Shown: positions 49,579 through 59,187, numbered from the stretch's first letter. The stretch: DNA of 64,000 nucleotides from Bacteroidota bacterium (GCA_019638695.1 JAHBTG010000001.1:84123-148122), one strand, 5' to 3'. Translations and numbers: made by a program. The notes: generated from the sequence alone by a model not told the origin.

Positions 49579-51807
49579 TTACGCCTGTTTAGGTTTGCCG
49601 GACAGCTCAAAATCAATGATGCGCTTCTCCAGGCTGGTTTTTACTACCCGCACCCGCACGCGGTCTCCCAGTTTATAGATCCTGCGGGTACGCTTACCCA
49701 CCAACCGGTGGTTACGTTCCTCCAGCGTGTAGTGGTCATCCCTGAGCGTGCGCAGGGGCACCATCCCCTCACACTTGTTACCATCGAGCTCCACATACAT
49801 GCCCCATTCGGTGACACCGGTAATCATGCCGTCAAACTCCTGGCCAAGCACTTTGCCCAGGTATTCCACCTGTTTGTACTTGATACTGGCGCGCTCGGCA
49901 TCGGCAGCTTTCTTTTCCTGCTCGCTGCATTTCTTGCACAAGGCCTCCATAGGTCCCGGCTGAACGGTTACGTGCTTGTCCAGTACCTGCTGCAATACCC
50001 GGTGGGTGAGCACATCGGGGTACCGGCGTATGGGGCTGGTGAAGTGTGCATAGTATTTAAAGCCCAGGCCATAGTGGCCGATATTCTGGATACTGTAGTA
50101 TGCCTTGGGCATGGAACGGATGGCCATGCTGTTGATGATATCTGCCTCACGCTGTCCCCAGGTGTCCAGTACCAGTTTGTTCATGGACTGCGCCAGTTTC
50201 TGGGGATCTTCTATGTCAATATCATAGCCAAAGGACTGCACAAAGGTTTTGAGATTGGTGAGCTTGATCTCTTCGGGCTGAGGATGCACCCGGTTGGGAA
50301 AAGGTACGGGGGGAGATTTGCGGAAATTATGGATAAACTGGGATACCCGCCGGTTGGCCAGCAGCATAAAGTCCTCGATCATCTTATGCACATCCTTACG
50401 CTCCTTCACATACACAGAGAGCGGCACACCGTTCTCATCCAGCCTGAAACGGACCTCCTCGGTCTCAAATGTAATGCTGCCTGCCTTGAAACGATTGAGG
50501 CGCATCTGCTGGGCTATCTGGTTACACTTCTGCAGGATATCCGCCAGGTCTCCTTCACCAGTATCTATGATCACCTGGGCTTCTTCATAGGAGAATCGGC
50601 GCTGGCTGTGGATGACTGTGCGGCCAAACCACTCTTCCTTCACCTTACCCTGTTCATCAAGCACAAAGACAGCCGAGAAACACAGACGGTCCTGGTGAGG
50701 CACCAGGCTGCACAGGTTATTGGAGAGCTTCTCCGGCAGCATGGGAATGGTGCGGTCTACCAGGTACACACTGGTAGCACGCTCCTGCGCCTCGTTGTCC
50801 AGGGCGGAGCCGGGCCGCACGTAATGAGAGACATCGGCAATGTGCACTCCTATTTCATACAGCCCGTCTTCCATTTTACGGAAAGAGATGGCATCATCAA
50901 AATCCTTGGCGTCTTCGGGGTCTATGGTAAAGGTGGGTACCTGGCGAAAATCCCGGCGGCGGGCGATCTCTTCGGCAGGGATGGCATCCGGCACACCGGC
51001 GGCTTCTGCCAGGGTACGCTCGTCAAACTCCAGGGGAAGCCCGTATTCCAGCACTATGGCGTGCATCTCGGTATTATGGTCCCCGGCTTTGCCGATGACA
51101 CGGTCTATGCGGGCGATAGGGGTATCCCGGTCCCACTCCATGAGTTCCACCACCACTTTCTCCCCTTGACGGGCATCTTTGTGGTGTTCTTTGGGAATGA
51201 GAAAATCTTTCTTGATGCGCCCGTCCTGGGGAATGACAAACATCCGTCCGTTGGCTTCTACATCCACCGTGCCCACAAAGCGGGTACGCAAGGGCTGCAC
51301 TACCCTGGTAAACATACCGCGTAACCCTTTGCCCGACAGTTTGGTAATGCGCACCCGGACCAGGTCTCCGACCATAGCGGGCACGCGACCTTCATTCACC
51401 AGCAGGATATCACGGGCCAGTTCCGGCACCTGCACCATCTGGATCCCTCCCTGGGTATTGATGAGTTTCCCGTCTACGACGGCATGCTCCATAGCTGCCA
51501 CAAATCGCAGCTTGGAGGCTTCTTCCACGTATTTGCGCTTGGCCAGGTCCTGCAACGCGCCTATGATATGATGAGCATCTGCCTTATCCTGCGGAGGCGC
51601 CAGCTTTTCCTGTATCTGCTGCAGGTTATGCAGCCGGTCGGGTTTCTCCAGTAAGACCTGCAGAATAGCGCCCTGTAACTCGCTGATAACGCCGGGCGTA
51701 CGTTCTTCGGCTTTGGGAGCCGGTTTGGTTTTGGAAGAAGCAGAAGTTTTGGGTGCTTTCTGTGAGCCGGGCTTCGATGCACCTGGCTTGCCTTTTTTAG
51801 CTTTCAT
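49579..51807 (-). CDS. rnr: Ribonuclease R
   Basis: 742 aa with an N-terminal lysine-rich tract, OB/cold-shock region, RNB catalytic core (TIDPEDAKDFDDAIS...), and a C-terminal S1 domain (FDGMITGVTEWGMYVEL). Confidence 0.95.
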   Translation of the reverse strand: MKAKKGKPGASKPGSQKAPKTSASSKTKPAPKAEERTPGVISELQGAILQVLLEKPDRLHNLQQIQEKLAPPQDKADAHHIIGALQDLAKRKYVEEASKLRFVAAMEHAVVDGKLINTQGGIQMVQVPELARDILLVNEGRVPAMVGDLVRVRITKLSGKGLRGMFTRVVQPLRTRFVGTVDVEANGRMFVIPQDGRIKKDFLIPKEHHKDARQGEKVVVELMEWDRDTPIARIDRVIGKAGDHNTEMHAIVLEYGLPLEFDERTLAEAAGVPDAIPAEEIARRRDFRQVPTFTIDPEDAKDFDDAISFRKMEDGLYEIGVHIADVSHYVRPGSALDNEAQERATSVYLVDRTIPMLPEKLSNNLCSLVPHQDRLCFSAVFVLDEQGKVKEEWFGRTVIHSQRRFSYEEAQVIIDTGEGDLADILQKCNQIAQQMRLNRFKAGSITFETEEVRFRLDENGVPLSVYVKERKDVHKMIEDFMLLANRRVSQFIHNFRKSPPVPFPNRVHPQPEEIKLTNLKTFVQSFGYDIDIEDPQKLAQSMNKLVLDTWGQREADIINSMAIRSMPKAYYSIQNIGHYGLGFKYYAHFTSPIRRYPDVLTHRVLQQVLDKHVTVQPGPMEALCKKCSEQEKKAADAERASIKYKQVEYLGKVLGQEFDGMITGVTEWGMYVELDGNKCEGMVPLRTLRDDHYTLEERNHRLVGKRTRRIYKLGDRVRVRVVKTSLEKRIIDFELSGKPKQA

Positions 51808-51865
51808 TCAAACAATGGGAGAGGGGTTATATCCTAAAAAGTGTCCCCATCACTTTTCCTTTGGG

Positions 51866-51873
51866 CAAAGATA
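51866..51873 (-). promoter_or_regulatory. Bacteroidota -7 box TAnnTTTG (TATCTTTG on the minus strand) upstream of rnr
   Basis: Plus strand CAAAGATA; 58 nt upstream of ATG 51807. Confidence 0.35.
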
Positions 51874-51936
51874 ACGAAAAACAGTGGCCTTATCGCGCAA
51901 GCACCTGTTAAGTTTCCGCGGACAGGAACCCCAGGG

Positions 51937-53571
51937 TTATTGCTTTACCCACCGCCGGGTATGCGATGTGCCGGCACAAGAGACGCGGACCAGGTAAGTG
52001 CCCGGCGCCAGGTGACTTACCGGAAGGATCTCATCTGCCAGGCGGGCGATATACGCATGATGCAGCACATGCTTACCGGCCAGATCGGTTATTTCCACCA
52101 CAACCGGCTGAGACCGGAGCGCCGCATCAGCCCGCAGGCCCAGCGTGTGCACACCGGGATTGGGATATACATATACGGCAGCCGGCGCTAGGGCAGCATT
52201 CCTGGAAGCGGGCCAGAAGGTAGCATCCAGGCAGGCAAGGGCAGCCTCCAGGTTCACACATCCATACCCTACCTTGCCTATGTATTTGGGGTCATTATCC
52301 GCCTCAATGTCCCTGGCAGAATGGTACAGGCAATCGATAAGCTGCTCCCGGGTGGCCTCGGGCTTATAGGCTTTCATCAGGGCCAGCGCACTGCTGATCA
52401 TGGGAGTGGCCATACTGGTACCTCCCATAGCAAGGTAGTGTATATCGGAATTATTACCGCAGCTATAGATGGGATTACCGGGCGCCATGATATCTACGTA
52501 GGCACCGTAGTTGGAAAAACCACTGACTGCGTAATTAAACTCAACGGAGCCCACGGCGATCACTTTAAAGAAGGAAGCGGGATTAAAGTTCTCTTCCCGG
52601 GCATTATTACCGGCACCGGCCACGAACAGCGTGCCGTAGTTGGTAATGGCATTGGAGATATATGCATTGAGTACCAGGTTGTTGCCCACCACTCCCCAGG
52701 ACATATTGACGATGTCCGCGCGGTTGGCTACCGCATACCGCACACCATCTACCCCCAAAATACCGCCTCCGGCATCCGGCGCACCCTTCACAGGCATCAG
52801 GGTAACATTATAGGCCATACTGACCACGCCTTTGTGATTGTCGGTAACGGCACCGGCAATGCCGGCCACATGAGTACCGTGGTCAAACCCGGCGGGAGGA
52901 ATAGGGTCATCATCTCCGTCGGCCACATCATAGCCCCTGTAATCATCTATGTATCCATTATCATCGTCATCTATGCCATTGCCGGGGATCTCGCCTTCAT
53001 TGATCCAGATATGGTCTGCAAGGTCTTCATGGGTAATTCTCACGCCGTCATCTACAATGGCAATCACCACATTCCTGTCTGCCGGGCGAAAAAGGGACCA
53101 TGCCTGCCGGGCATTGACCATATCCACCCAATAGAGGTTGATAGCTGCCAGCGGGGCGTCAAATTCATTGGGAGCATAAACATCTGCGTACTGAAAGAGC
53201 GGGTTCATCTCGGTAGTATCCACCCAGGCGACCTGCTCCAGTGCCTTGCGCAGGCGCAGGGAATCTGTCCCGGGCCGGTAGCGCAGCTTCCATACCCTGC
53301 CGAGCAAAGGATGTACGGCTTCCGTTCCACGGGTGCAGTATTTCTCCCACCGGGTAAAGCCAAAGGCTTCTGCCAGGGGGGTCAGCAGGGCAAAAGGCTC
53401 GGCAGCTTGCACAGCTGTGGTCTGCCCCCAGTCATGCTGCACAGGCAGGGTGGGCACAGCTTCCGGCCGGACTATCACAAACAGTTGTCCGGGGGCATAC
53501 TGCTGAGCCCACAGAAAAGAGGTCTGGCTCCACAGGAGCGTCACCACTAGTATACGAATAAACAGCCGCAT
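51937..53571 (-). CDS. S8 (subtilisin-like) serine peptidase with T9SS C-terminal sorting domain
   Basis: Start at MRLFIRILVVTLLWSQTSFLWAQ (ATG 53571). Catalytic triad contexts VAIVDDG, HGTHVAGIAG, GTSMATPMISS. C-terminal YVYPNPG...LAPGTYLVRV tail. Confidence 0.9.
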   Translation of the reverse strand: MRLFIRILVVTLLWSQTSFLWAQQYAPGQLFVIVRPEAVPTLPVQHDWGQTTAVQAAEPFALLTPLAEAFGFTRWEKYCTRGTEAVHPLLGRVWKLRYRPGTDSLRLRKALEQVAWVDTTEMNPLFQYADVYAPNEFDAPLAAINLYWVDMVNARQAWSLFRPADRNVVIAIVDDGVRITHEDLADHIWINEGEIPGNGIDDDDNGYIDDYRGYDVADGDDDPIPPAGFDHGTHVAGIAGAVTDNHKGVVSMAYNVTLMPVKGAPDAGGGILGVDGVRYAVANRADIVNMSWGVVGNNLVLNAYISNAITNYGTLFVAGAGNNAREENFNPASFFKVIAVGSVEFNYAVSGFSNYGAYVDIMAPGNPIYSCGNNSDIHYLAMGGTSMATPMISSALALMKAYKPEATREQLIDCLYHSARDIEADNDPKYIGKVGYGCVNLEAALACLDATFWPASRNAALAPAAVYVYPNPGVHTLGLRADAALRSQPVVVEITDLAGKHVLHHAYIARLADEILPVSHLAPGTYLVRVSCAGTSHTRRWVKQ

Positions 53572-53657
53572 GCCCAATATTACGAATTTGACAGCCTGTG
53601 CAGCTTCTTGCCGTTCGATTGGCCTAAAAATCTGCTTTAACAATAAGTTCTTCTCAT

Positions 53658-53684
53658 AAAAAAGAGGGGGATGCACTCCCCCTC
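53658..53684 (-). terminator. Rho-independent terminator after ahpC
   Basis: Plus strand reads AAAAAA-GAGGGGGA-TGCAC-TCCCCCTC. On the minus strand this is a perfect 8-bp GC-rich stem with a 5-nt loop followed by U6, 37 nt downstream of the ahpC stop. Confidence 0.8.
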
Positions 53685-53720
53685 CTGAGAATTATAACAC
53701 GGAATGGTACCCGGCGGCGC

Positions 53721-54365
53721 TTAGTGAGTGGCCAGATAGGCAGCCACACCCTCGGCCGTGGCCTGCATGGCGTCCTTGCCTTCATCCCAGTTGGCGGGGC
53801 ATACTTCGCCATATTTTTCCAGGTGGCGCAGGGCTTTTACCATACGCACCGTGTCATCAATATTACGGCCCAGCGGCAAGTCATTCACCACCTGGTGACG
53901 CACGACACCTTGCTTGTCAATAAGGAAGGTACCGCGGAATGCTACGGGAGCTCCGTTGTAGGCCAGCAGTTCCTGGTCATTGTCATCGATCTCGCTGTAA
54001 TAGTCGCCTGCCAGCACATCAAAATTCTTGGCGATGGTCTTGGTGAGGTCGGCCACCAGCGGGAAGGTAACGCCCTGAATACCGCCCTTGTTTTTGGGGG
54101 TATTGAGCCACGCCCAGTGCGAAAATTTGCTGTCTACAGAGACTCCTATCACCTGTACATCGAGTTGTTCAAACTCGGCCAGTTTGTTCTGGAACTCCAG
54201 GATCTCTGTGGGGCACACGAAGGTGAAGTCGAGCGGATAGAAGAACAGTACCACATACTTTTTGCCTTTATACTGGCTGAGAGAGAAATCCTCTACGAAC
54301 TCACCTCCGTTAACGACGGCTTCTGCCTTGAAATCCGGGGCGGGTTTTCCAACTAATACTGCCAT
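53721..54365 (-). CDS. ahpC: Typical 2-Cys peroxiredoxin (AhpC/Prx1 type)
   Basis: Peroxidatic Cys motif DFTFVCPTE and resolving Cys EVCPANW. Confidence 0.95.
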   Translation of the reverse strand: MAVLVGKPAPDFKAEAVVNGGEFVEDFSLSQYKGKKYVVLFFYPLDFTFVCPTEILEFQNKLAEFEQLDVQVIGVSVDSKFSHWAWLNTPKNKGGIQGVTFPLVADLTKTIAKNFDVLAGDYYSEIDDNDQELLAYNGAPVAFRGTFLIDKQGVVRHQVVNDLPLGRNIDDTVRMVKALRHLEKYGEVCPANWDEGKDAMQATAEGVAAYLATH

Positions 54366-54405
54366 ATGATTTATGTATTGGGGTTAAAAAATGAAATTAC
54401 AGGGT

Positions 54406-54834
54406 TTAGGAAACGGGAGGCTGAAAGCTGCCGGAGATATGCAGCTGAAAATCATACACGTCAAAGCCCGGTATGGGGTGCTTTTGCAGGTATTCTGCAA
54501 TGAGTGCATGCAAGCGGGCATCTTCAAAGTCTGCAATGCGCCGGGCATGTTCATCATACAGGTGATGGTGCGGCTCTATGTTGGCATCGAAGAACATGGT
54601 ACCGCTCTCACTGCGCACTTTGCGCACAATGCCTGCCTCTACCAGGCTTTCCAACGTGCGGTATACTGTGCCGATGCTGATAGAAGGCAACTGCGGACTA
54701 ATGCGCAGATGCAGGTCTTCTGCAGACGGATGCGTATGCTCTGCCAACAGCGTAGCCAGGATGACGATGCGCTGTGGAGTCTGGCGGAGCTGGGCAGTCT
54801 CCAGCAGAGATACCGCTTTCTGGGTGGCTTCCAT
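54406..54834 (-). CDS. Fur-family transcriptional regulator (possibly PerR-like)
   Basis: 142 aa with a winged-helix TPQRIVILATLL...HPSAEDLH...ISIGTVYRTLESL and a His-rich regulatory region EPHHHLYDEH. Sits immediately upstream of ahpC on the same strand. Confidence 0.85.
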   Translation of the reverse strand: MEATQKAVSLLETAQLRQTPQRIVILATLLAEHTHPSAEDLHLRISPQLPSISIGTVYRTLESLVEAGIVRKVRSESGTMFFDANIEPHHHLYDEHARRIADFEDARLHALIAEYLQKHPIPGFDVYDFQLHISGSFQPPVS

Positions 54835-54854
54835 ACTGCTACAACTGCTTGCAG

Positions 54855-54871
54855 ATGAGAATAGTTCTCAT
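54855..54871. promoter_or_regulatory. Perfect 7-3-7 inverted repeat ATGAGAA-TAG-TTCTCAT, candidate operator upstream of the fur-family gene
   Basis: Both 7-nt arms are exact reverse complements. The repeat lies 21-37 nt upstream of the fur-family start codon (54834). Confidence 0.5.
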
Positions 54872-54946
54872 TTGTAGTTAATTTTTACAGAAGCGGCCCG
54901 AAAGCACTTCACCTCTCAGCCTTAGACCCACCACAGTAGCCGGCAA

Positions 54947-56284
54947 CTAGTATGTCTGCAGTTCAGGGGCTACTTCGCGGATATAGCGCAGGATACCGCC
55001 TTCCAGGGTATAGACATTCTGCACGCCATGCGCCAGCAACATCTCTGCTGCAATGAGACTGCGGGTGCCGTTCTTGCAATAGATGACATAGGTGACATCG
55101 GGCCGGAAGCGGCTGAGGTTACTTTCCAGGCGGGTAAACGGGATCAACCGGCCACCAATATTCACGATCTGGTGCTCATTGGGCTCTCGTACGTCTATAA
55201 GACTGAAAGGCACCTCTTTCTCTCCCCACTCTTCCAGCTCCAGGGGTTTGAGCGTCTGCACCATACGCCTGCGCACTGGTACAGGCGTAAGTATATCCTC
55301 GTCTTCCTCTTCCGGCAGCAGGGATTCCGATTGAGCGACGAACAGTCCCGGCTTGAGGGCCGGTTCCTCCGCAGCTTCTTCATTGTGCACAAGCAAGGGA
55401 TCCGGCTCCTGAAGTGCCGGTTCAGGCAACGGCTCTTCCACCAGCGCGGCACCTTCCACAAACTGCGGCAAGGCCATCACCGGGGACTGCTGTAGCGCTT
55501 CTTGGGCCTCCGGCATTTCCTCCGGAACAACCGCAGGGGCTTTATCCTTTGCGGGTAATGAAGCCAGGGCTACGGTCACAAAGCGGTGACGCAGGCCGTC
55601 AAACTGCAATATACGACCGCTAAGAGGCTCTCCTATCCCGGCAGCCAGTTTAGCCACCTCTAGTGCCATCAGGCTGCCTATGATACCGGGTACCACACCC
55701 AATACCCCGCCAATGTTGCAATCCGGTACGTTTTCCGGCAACTCAGGGAACAGGTCGCGGTAATTGGGACCCGGGTTACCTTTCTTGTCCCTGAGGTTAA
55801 ATACGCTCAACTGACCGTCAAACCCCAGCACAGAGCCATGTACCAGCGGTTTGCCCAGCTCCACGCAGAGATCGTTCACCAGGTACTTAGTCTGGAAGTT
55901 ATCGCTGCCGTCTGCTATGATATCGTATTTCTCCAGGATGGCCCGTGCATTGCGGGTCGTGAGGCGCTCGGCATATACTTCCAGCTTCAGGTAGGGATTG
56001 AGCTTGGGCAACCGCTCCTTAATGGCTTTTACCTTTACACGACCGACATCGCCCTGCTGATAGATCACCTGACGGTGCAGGTTGCTTTCTTCCACATTAT
56101 CATCATCCACCACACCCAAAGTGCCCACCCCCATACCGCACAGGTATTGCAGCAAAGGCACTCCCAGTCCACCGGCGCCTACTACCAGCACACGGGTGTT
56201 CTTCAGCTTTTCCTGGGCCACACGCTCAAAACCGGGCAATAGGATCTGCCTGCCATAACGGGCAATTTCTTCGGGTTTCAACAT
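54947..56284 (-). CDS. MoeB/ThiF-family adenylyltransferase fused to C-terminal rhodanese domain (MoeZ-like)
   Basis: Start at MLKPEEIARYGRQILLPGF (ATG 56284). Nucleotide loop VLVVGAGGLG; C-terminal rhodanese LIDVREPNEH...VIYCKNGTRS. An approximately 105-aa acidic P/E-rich spacer separates the two domains. Confidence 0.85.
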   Translation of the reverse strand: MLKPEEIARYGRQILLPGFERVAQEKLKNTRVLVVGAGGLGVPLLQYLCGMGVGTLGVVDDDNVEESNLHRQVIYQQGDVGRVKVKAIKERLPKLNPYLKLEVYAERLTTRNARAILEKYDIIADGSDNFQTKYLVNDLCVELGKPLVHGSVLGFDGQLSVFNLRDKKGNPGPNYRDLFPELPENVPDCNIGGVLGVVPGIIGSLMALEVAKLAAGIGEPLSGRILQFDGLRHRFVTVALASLPAKDKAPAVVPEEMPEAQEALQQSPVMALPQFVEGAALVEEPLPEPALQEPDPLLVHNEEAAEEPALKPGLFVAQSESLLPEEEDEDILTPVPVRRRMVQTLKPLELEEWGEKEVPFSLIDVREPNEHQIVNIGGRLIPFTRLESNLSRFRPDVTYVIYCKNGTRSLIAAEMLLAHGVQNVYTLEGGILRYIREVAPELQTY

Positions 56285-56308
56285 AGTAGGGAGCTGTTTT
56301 TCCTTGCT

Positions 56309-56316
56309 CAAAAATA
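56309..56316 (-). promoter_or_regulatory. Bacteroidota -7 box TAnnTTTG (TATTTTTG on the minus strand) upstream of the moeB/thiF-like gene
   Basis: Plus strand CAAAAATA; 24 nt upstream of ATG 56284. Confidence 0.35.
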
Positions 56317-56499
56317 CGGCGGCATTCGCAGTTATCCACATACCGGGCCACTTGTTGTCTCACTTTTTTGGCAAAAGCTGTGCAGTACTCATTGTCATGA
56401 CCGATGGCGGCCGAATCCCAACCATTCAGACCGTGCCAACAACTTTGGCATGGTATTTCCATATAACTAATTATCAGCTCACTTCAATAGCATCTTGTT

Positions 56500-56862
56500 A
56501 TGAAAACGCTTCTTTTTGCCTACAGCCTGGCTGCGGTATCACTGGCAGTGAGCGGCCACCGGAAAACCAGCGCGGCCATGATCCCCCGTTCTGAGCTGGA
56601 GCTGCTGCAACCCACTTATTTTGCGGGCACCGCCCGGGATGCCGACAGCACAGAGACTGCCAGGGAGATCATACTGCCGGATGTGCAGGATAATCCGGAC
56701 ATTGCGCTGCCCAAATACAAATGTTACTACACGCTCAAGAACGCAGGTAACTGGATAAGAGACGCCCGCGGCCGCAAATACTGGCAGCCGGCGCCTGCAC
56801 TCAAGGTAGAGGTCCCCTGCGACTGTGAGTCTATACAGGAAAGCTCCCGGTCCATTGCCTAA
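56500..56862 (+). CDS. Small secreted hypothetical protein
   Basis: Signal peptide MKTLLFAYSLAAVSLAVSG and ordinary composition, followed by a hairpin terminator. Confidence 0.5.
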   Translation: MKTLLFAYSLAAVSLAVSGHRKTSAAMIPRSELELLQPTYFAGTARDADSTETAREIILPDVQDNPDIALPKYKCYYTLKNAGNWIRDARGRKYWQPAPALKVEVPCDCESIQESSRSIA

Positions 56863-56887
56863 GCGTGACGGGCGACCATTACTTAAA

Positions 56888-56921
56888 GAAAAAAGCGGCA
56901 TGTGGCCGCCTTTTTCTTTTT
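56888..56921. terminator. Bidirectional terminator hairpin between the small secreted ORF and folE
   Basis: GAAAAAAGCGGC-ATGTG-GCCGCCTTTTTC (12-bp stem with one mismatch) followed by TTTTT. Located between convergent genes. Confidence 0.6.
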
Positions 56922-56942
56922 AGGTAAACCCTCAGGCACTCC

Positions 56943-57623
56943 CTAAAGCACCTGTGCATTGCCCAGGTGCAGCAGAAACTCCCGGCGGGTGGCTTCTTCT
57001 TCAAAGCGGCCGCAATACTCTGCAGTAAGGGTGCTGCTGGCAGTGTCTTCCACGCCCCGCATGGCCACACAATAGTGTTTGGCATCTATGACCACCGCCA
57101 CGTTTTCGGTATGTAATACTTCCTGCAGGTGATTGGCTATCTCGCGGGTAAGCCGCTCCTGCACCTGCGGGCGCCGGGCAAAATGCCGCACGATGCGGTT
57201 GATCTTGCTCAGCCCTATCACTTTTCCGCTGCTGATGTATGCCACATGTGCAAAACCAACGATGGGCACAAAATGATGCTCGCACATACTGTGGAGCGTG
57301 ATATTCTTCTCCACCAGCATTTGGTTATAGGCATATTTGTTTTCAAAAAGCGTAGCCTTGGGCTGGTTGGCAGGGTTGAGCCCGGAGAACACTTCTTCCA
57401 CATACATTTTGGCCACCCGCAAAGGAGTACCCTTGAGGCTATCGTCTTCCAGGTCCAGGCCAAGCGTGAGCATGATCTGGCGGAAGTTCCGGGCGATTAT
57501 TTCTATTTTCTCTGCATCGGAAAGGGCAAACGCGTCCGCCCGGAGAGGAGTATTGAGACTGGCACCGGCATGAGAGTCGCCCTTGGCCATGATTTCTTCC
57601 AAAGTTCTAAAGTCGATTGCCAT
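56943..57623 (-). CDS. folE: GTP cyclohydrolase I (type 1)
   Basis: SMCEHHFVPIVGFAHVAYI and QERLT motifs. Confidence 0.95.
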   Translation of the reverse strand: MAIDFRTLEEIMAKGDSHAGASLNTPLRADAFALSDAEKIEIIARNFRQIMLTLGLDLEDDSLKGTPLRVAKMYVEEVFSGLNPANQPKATLFENKYAYNQMLVEKNITLHSMCEHHFVPIVGFAHVAYISSGKVIGLSKINRIVRHFARRPQVQERLTREIANHLQEVLHTENVAVVIDAKHYCVAMRGVEDTASSTLTAEYCGRFEEEATRREFLLHLGNAQVL

Positions 57624-57684
57624 CTTAGGGAGGGGGAAAAGACAATAATGGATTGATTAGGGGGTAAAAGCTTTTTTGCCCAAA

Positions 57685-58098
57685 TTAGTTTGATGCACCT
57701 CTATATTCCACAAAATTTCTGGGGGTTTCGTAGAGCCTGACGGCATAGAGCCGCGCAGGCGCCACCAAAGGTGCCAGCTGATGCCATATCTGAATGGCAA
57801 AATTCTCTGCGCTGGGAATCACACCCTGCATAAAGTCCACGTCCAGGTTAAGGTTCTTATGGTCCACTTTTTCTAAGAGCTCTGTCTCCAATAATTGTGC
57901 CAAGCGGGAAAGGTCTGCCACATACCCCGTTTCAGGATGCGGCTCTCCTACCAGCGTCACTTCCAGTTCATAATTATGTCCATGCCAGTTGGGATTATTG
58001 CATTTCCCAAACACTTCTGCATTGCGGGCATCGTCCCAGCTGGGATTGTGCATGCGGTGTGCGGCATTAAAATGGACCCGGCGCGTTACGTAAACCAT
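57685..58098 (-). CDS. queD: 6-carboxytetrahydropterin synthase / 6-pyruvoyl-tetrahydropterin synthase family
   Basis: 137 aa with FNAAHRM...NWHGHNYELEV, characteristic of the PTPS/QueD fold. Sits directly upstream of folE. Confidence 0.9.
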   Translation of the reverse strand: MVYVTRRVHFNAAHRMHNPSWDDARNAEVFGKCNNPNWHGHNYELEVTLVGEPHPETGYVADLSRLAQLLETELLEKVDHKNLNLDVDFMQGVIPSAENFAIQIWHQLAPLVAPARLYAVRLYETPRNFVEYRGASN

Positions 58099-58164
58099 GC
58101 TGTTTTGTGTAAGTTGTTAACGAACAGTTTGCCCGAAATAATTCCTGTTCCACCCGTTTACCTG

Positions 58165-59145
58165 TCATTCGGCAGCTTCCTGTGCCGCTGCTTCGGGATG
58201 GTAAATACCCAGGTAGAGCTCATTAAGATGTTTTTCCGGGAACGCCACACCAGCCAGTTTGAGCAACGTGGCAGGCAAATGGGGGCCCGGGTTCAGGTAT
58301 TCTGCGGGGGGCAACGCCATCAGTTTTTTGCGCACCACAGCTGGCAGATGGATAAAATCCGGGTAAGCTGCTAGCAGCTTATTGAAATACCCCAGGTCTT
58401 CCGTAACCATATAGACGATCTCCGGCTTATAGTCTGTGAGTTCCCGGCTGGTGATCTGCACAAAGGGTTTGGGGCGGTCAGCCCCCAGCACAGCAGCGCC
58501 GCCAATCTGGGCCATATCCGTCAGGAAATGTCCGCCTGCTGCAATGACCAGGGGTTGCGCACTGAGGATGATCACCGCCCGCGGACGGGTCTCGCCTTCC
58601 CAGGTTTTCCGCATACCTGCAATAAGGCGGCGCAGCCGGTCATTAGTGGCCCGGGTGGTTTCCTGCAATCCCAGCAGGGCAGCCAGACTGTCATTGCCGG
58701 CAAGGATATCTTCCACGCGGGCGCTGGATTGTATAAAGATGCGCAATCCATGTGTGCGGGCACGTTCCTTCAATGCCTGGGGGATATATACATCGCTGCC
58801 CGCCAGGATAAGGTCCGGCTTCAGGGACTTCAGGCCTTCCCAGTCAAAAGAAGTGTCGGGTAACGTCCGCAGGCGGGGGACATGCTCCAGCAATTCGATC
58901 ATGCGCATATGTTCCGGCACCCCCACCAGCAGGTCCTTGCCGCCCAGCGCAGCCAGCCAGCCGGCCTGGTAGGCAGATAACGCCACTATACGCCGGGGAG
59001 GCTCCAGGAAACGAAATAATTCCCCCTGGCTATCCGTTGCACGTATAGAGATCAAAGGGGCGTTTTCTACCAGTTGCCGGCGGTCGTCTGAACAGCCCAG
59101 CAGGCTCATCAGACCGATCAGCCCCAAGATTTGTAATCCTCTCAT
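58165..59145 (-). CDS. Periplasmic substrate-binding protein, BtuF/FhuD-like (ABC-type Fe-siderophore/cobalamin class)
   Basis: Lipoprotein leader LIGLMSLLGCSDD, PRRIVALSAYQAGWLAALGG and PDLILAG motifs. No partner permease or ATPase in the window. Confidence 0.7.
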   Translation of the reverse strand: MRGLQILGLIGLMSLLGCSDDRRQLVENAPLISIRATDSQGELFRFLEPPRRIVALSAYQAGWLAALGGKDLLVGVPEHMRMIELLEHVPRLRTLPDTSFDWEGLKSLKPDLILAGSDVYIPQALKERARTHGLRIFIQSSARVEDILAGNDSLAALLGLQETTRATNDRLRRLIAGMRKTWEGETRPRAVIILSAQPLVIAAGGHFLTDMAQIGGAAVLGADRPKPFVQITSRELTDYKPEIVYMVTEDLGYFNKLLAAYPDFIHLPAVVRKKLMALPPAEYLNPGPHLPATLLKLAGVAFPEKHLNELYLGIYHPEAAAQEAAE

Positions 59146-59187
59146 TATGGCTTAATTTTACACAAAATAGAAAAACCCTTGGCGGCT

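Noticed and set aside
56226-56462. 78-aa Cys-containing minus-strand ORF (MEIPCQSCWHGLNGW...) in the 215-bp divergent region upstream of the moeB/thiF-like gene. It was considered as a possible small ThiS/MoaD-like or zinc-ribbon protein.
   Set aside because: It would overlap the moeB-like start by about 59 nt in another frame. It does not end in GG and resembles no sulfur-carrier protein. The region more plausibly holds the two divergent promoters, including a -7 box at 56309-56316. It remains unverified rather than disproved.
57624-59187. Possible riboswitches (preQ1, THF, cobalamin) ahead of queD/folE and the BtuF-like binding protein gene.
   Set aside because: The upstream gaps are only about 40-65 bp, too short for those aptamers. 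No conserved riboswitch core sequences were recognised.
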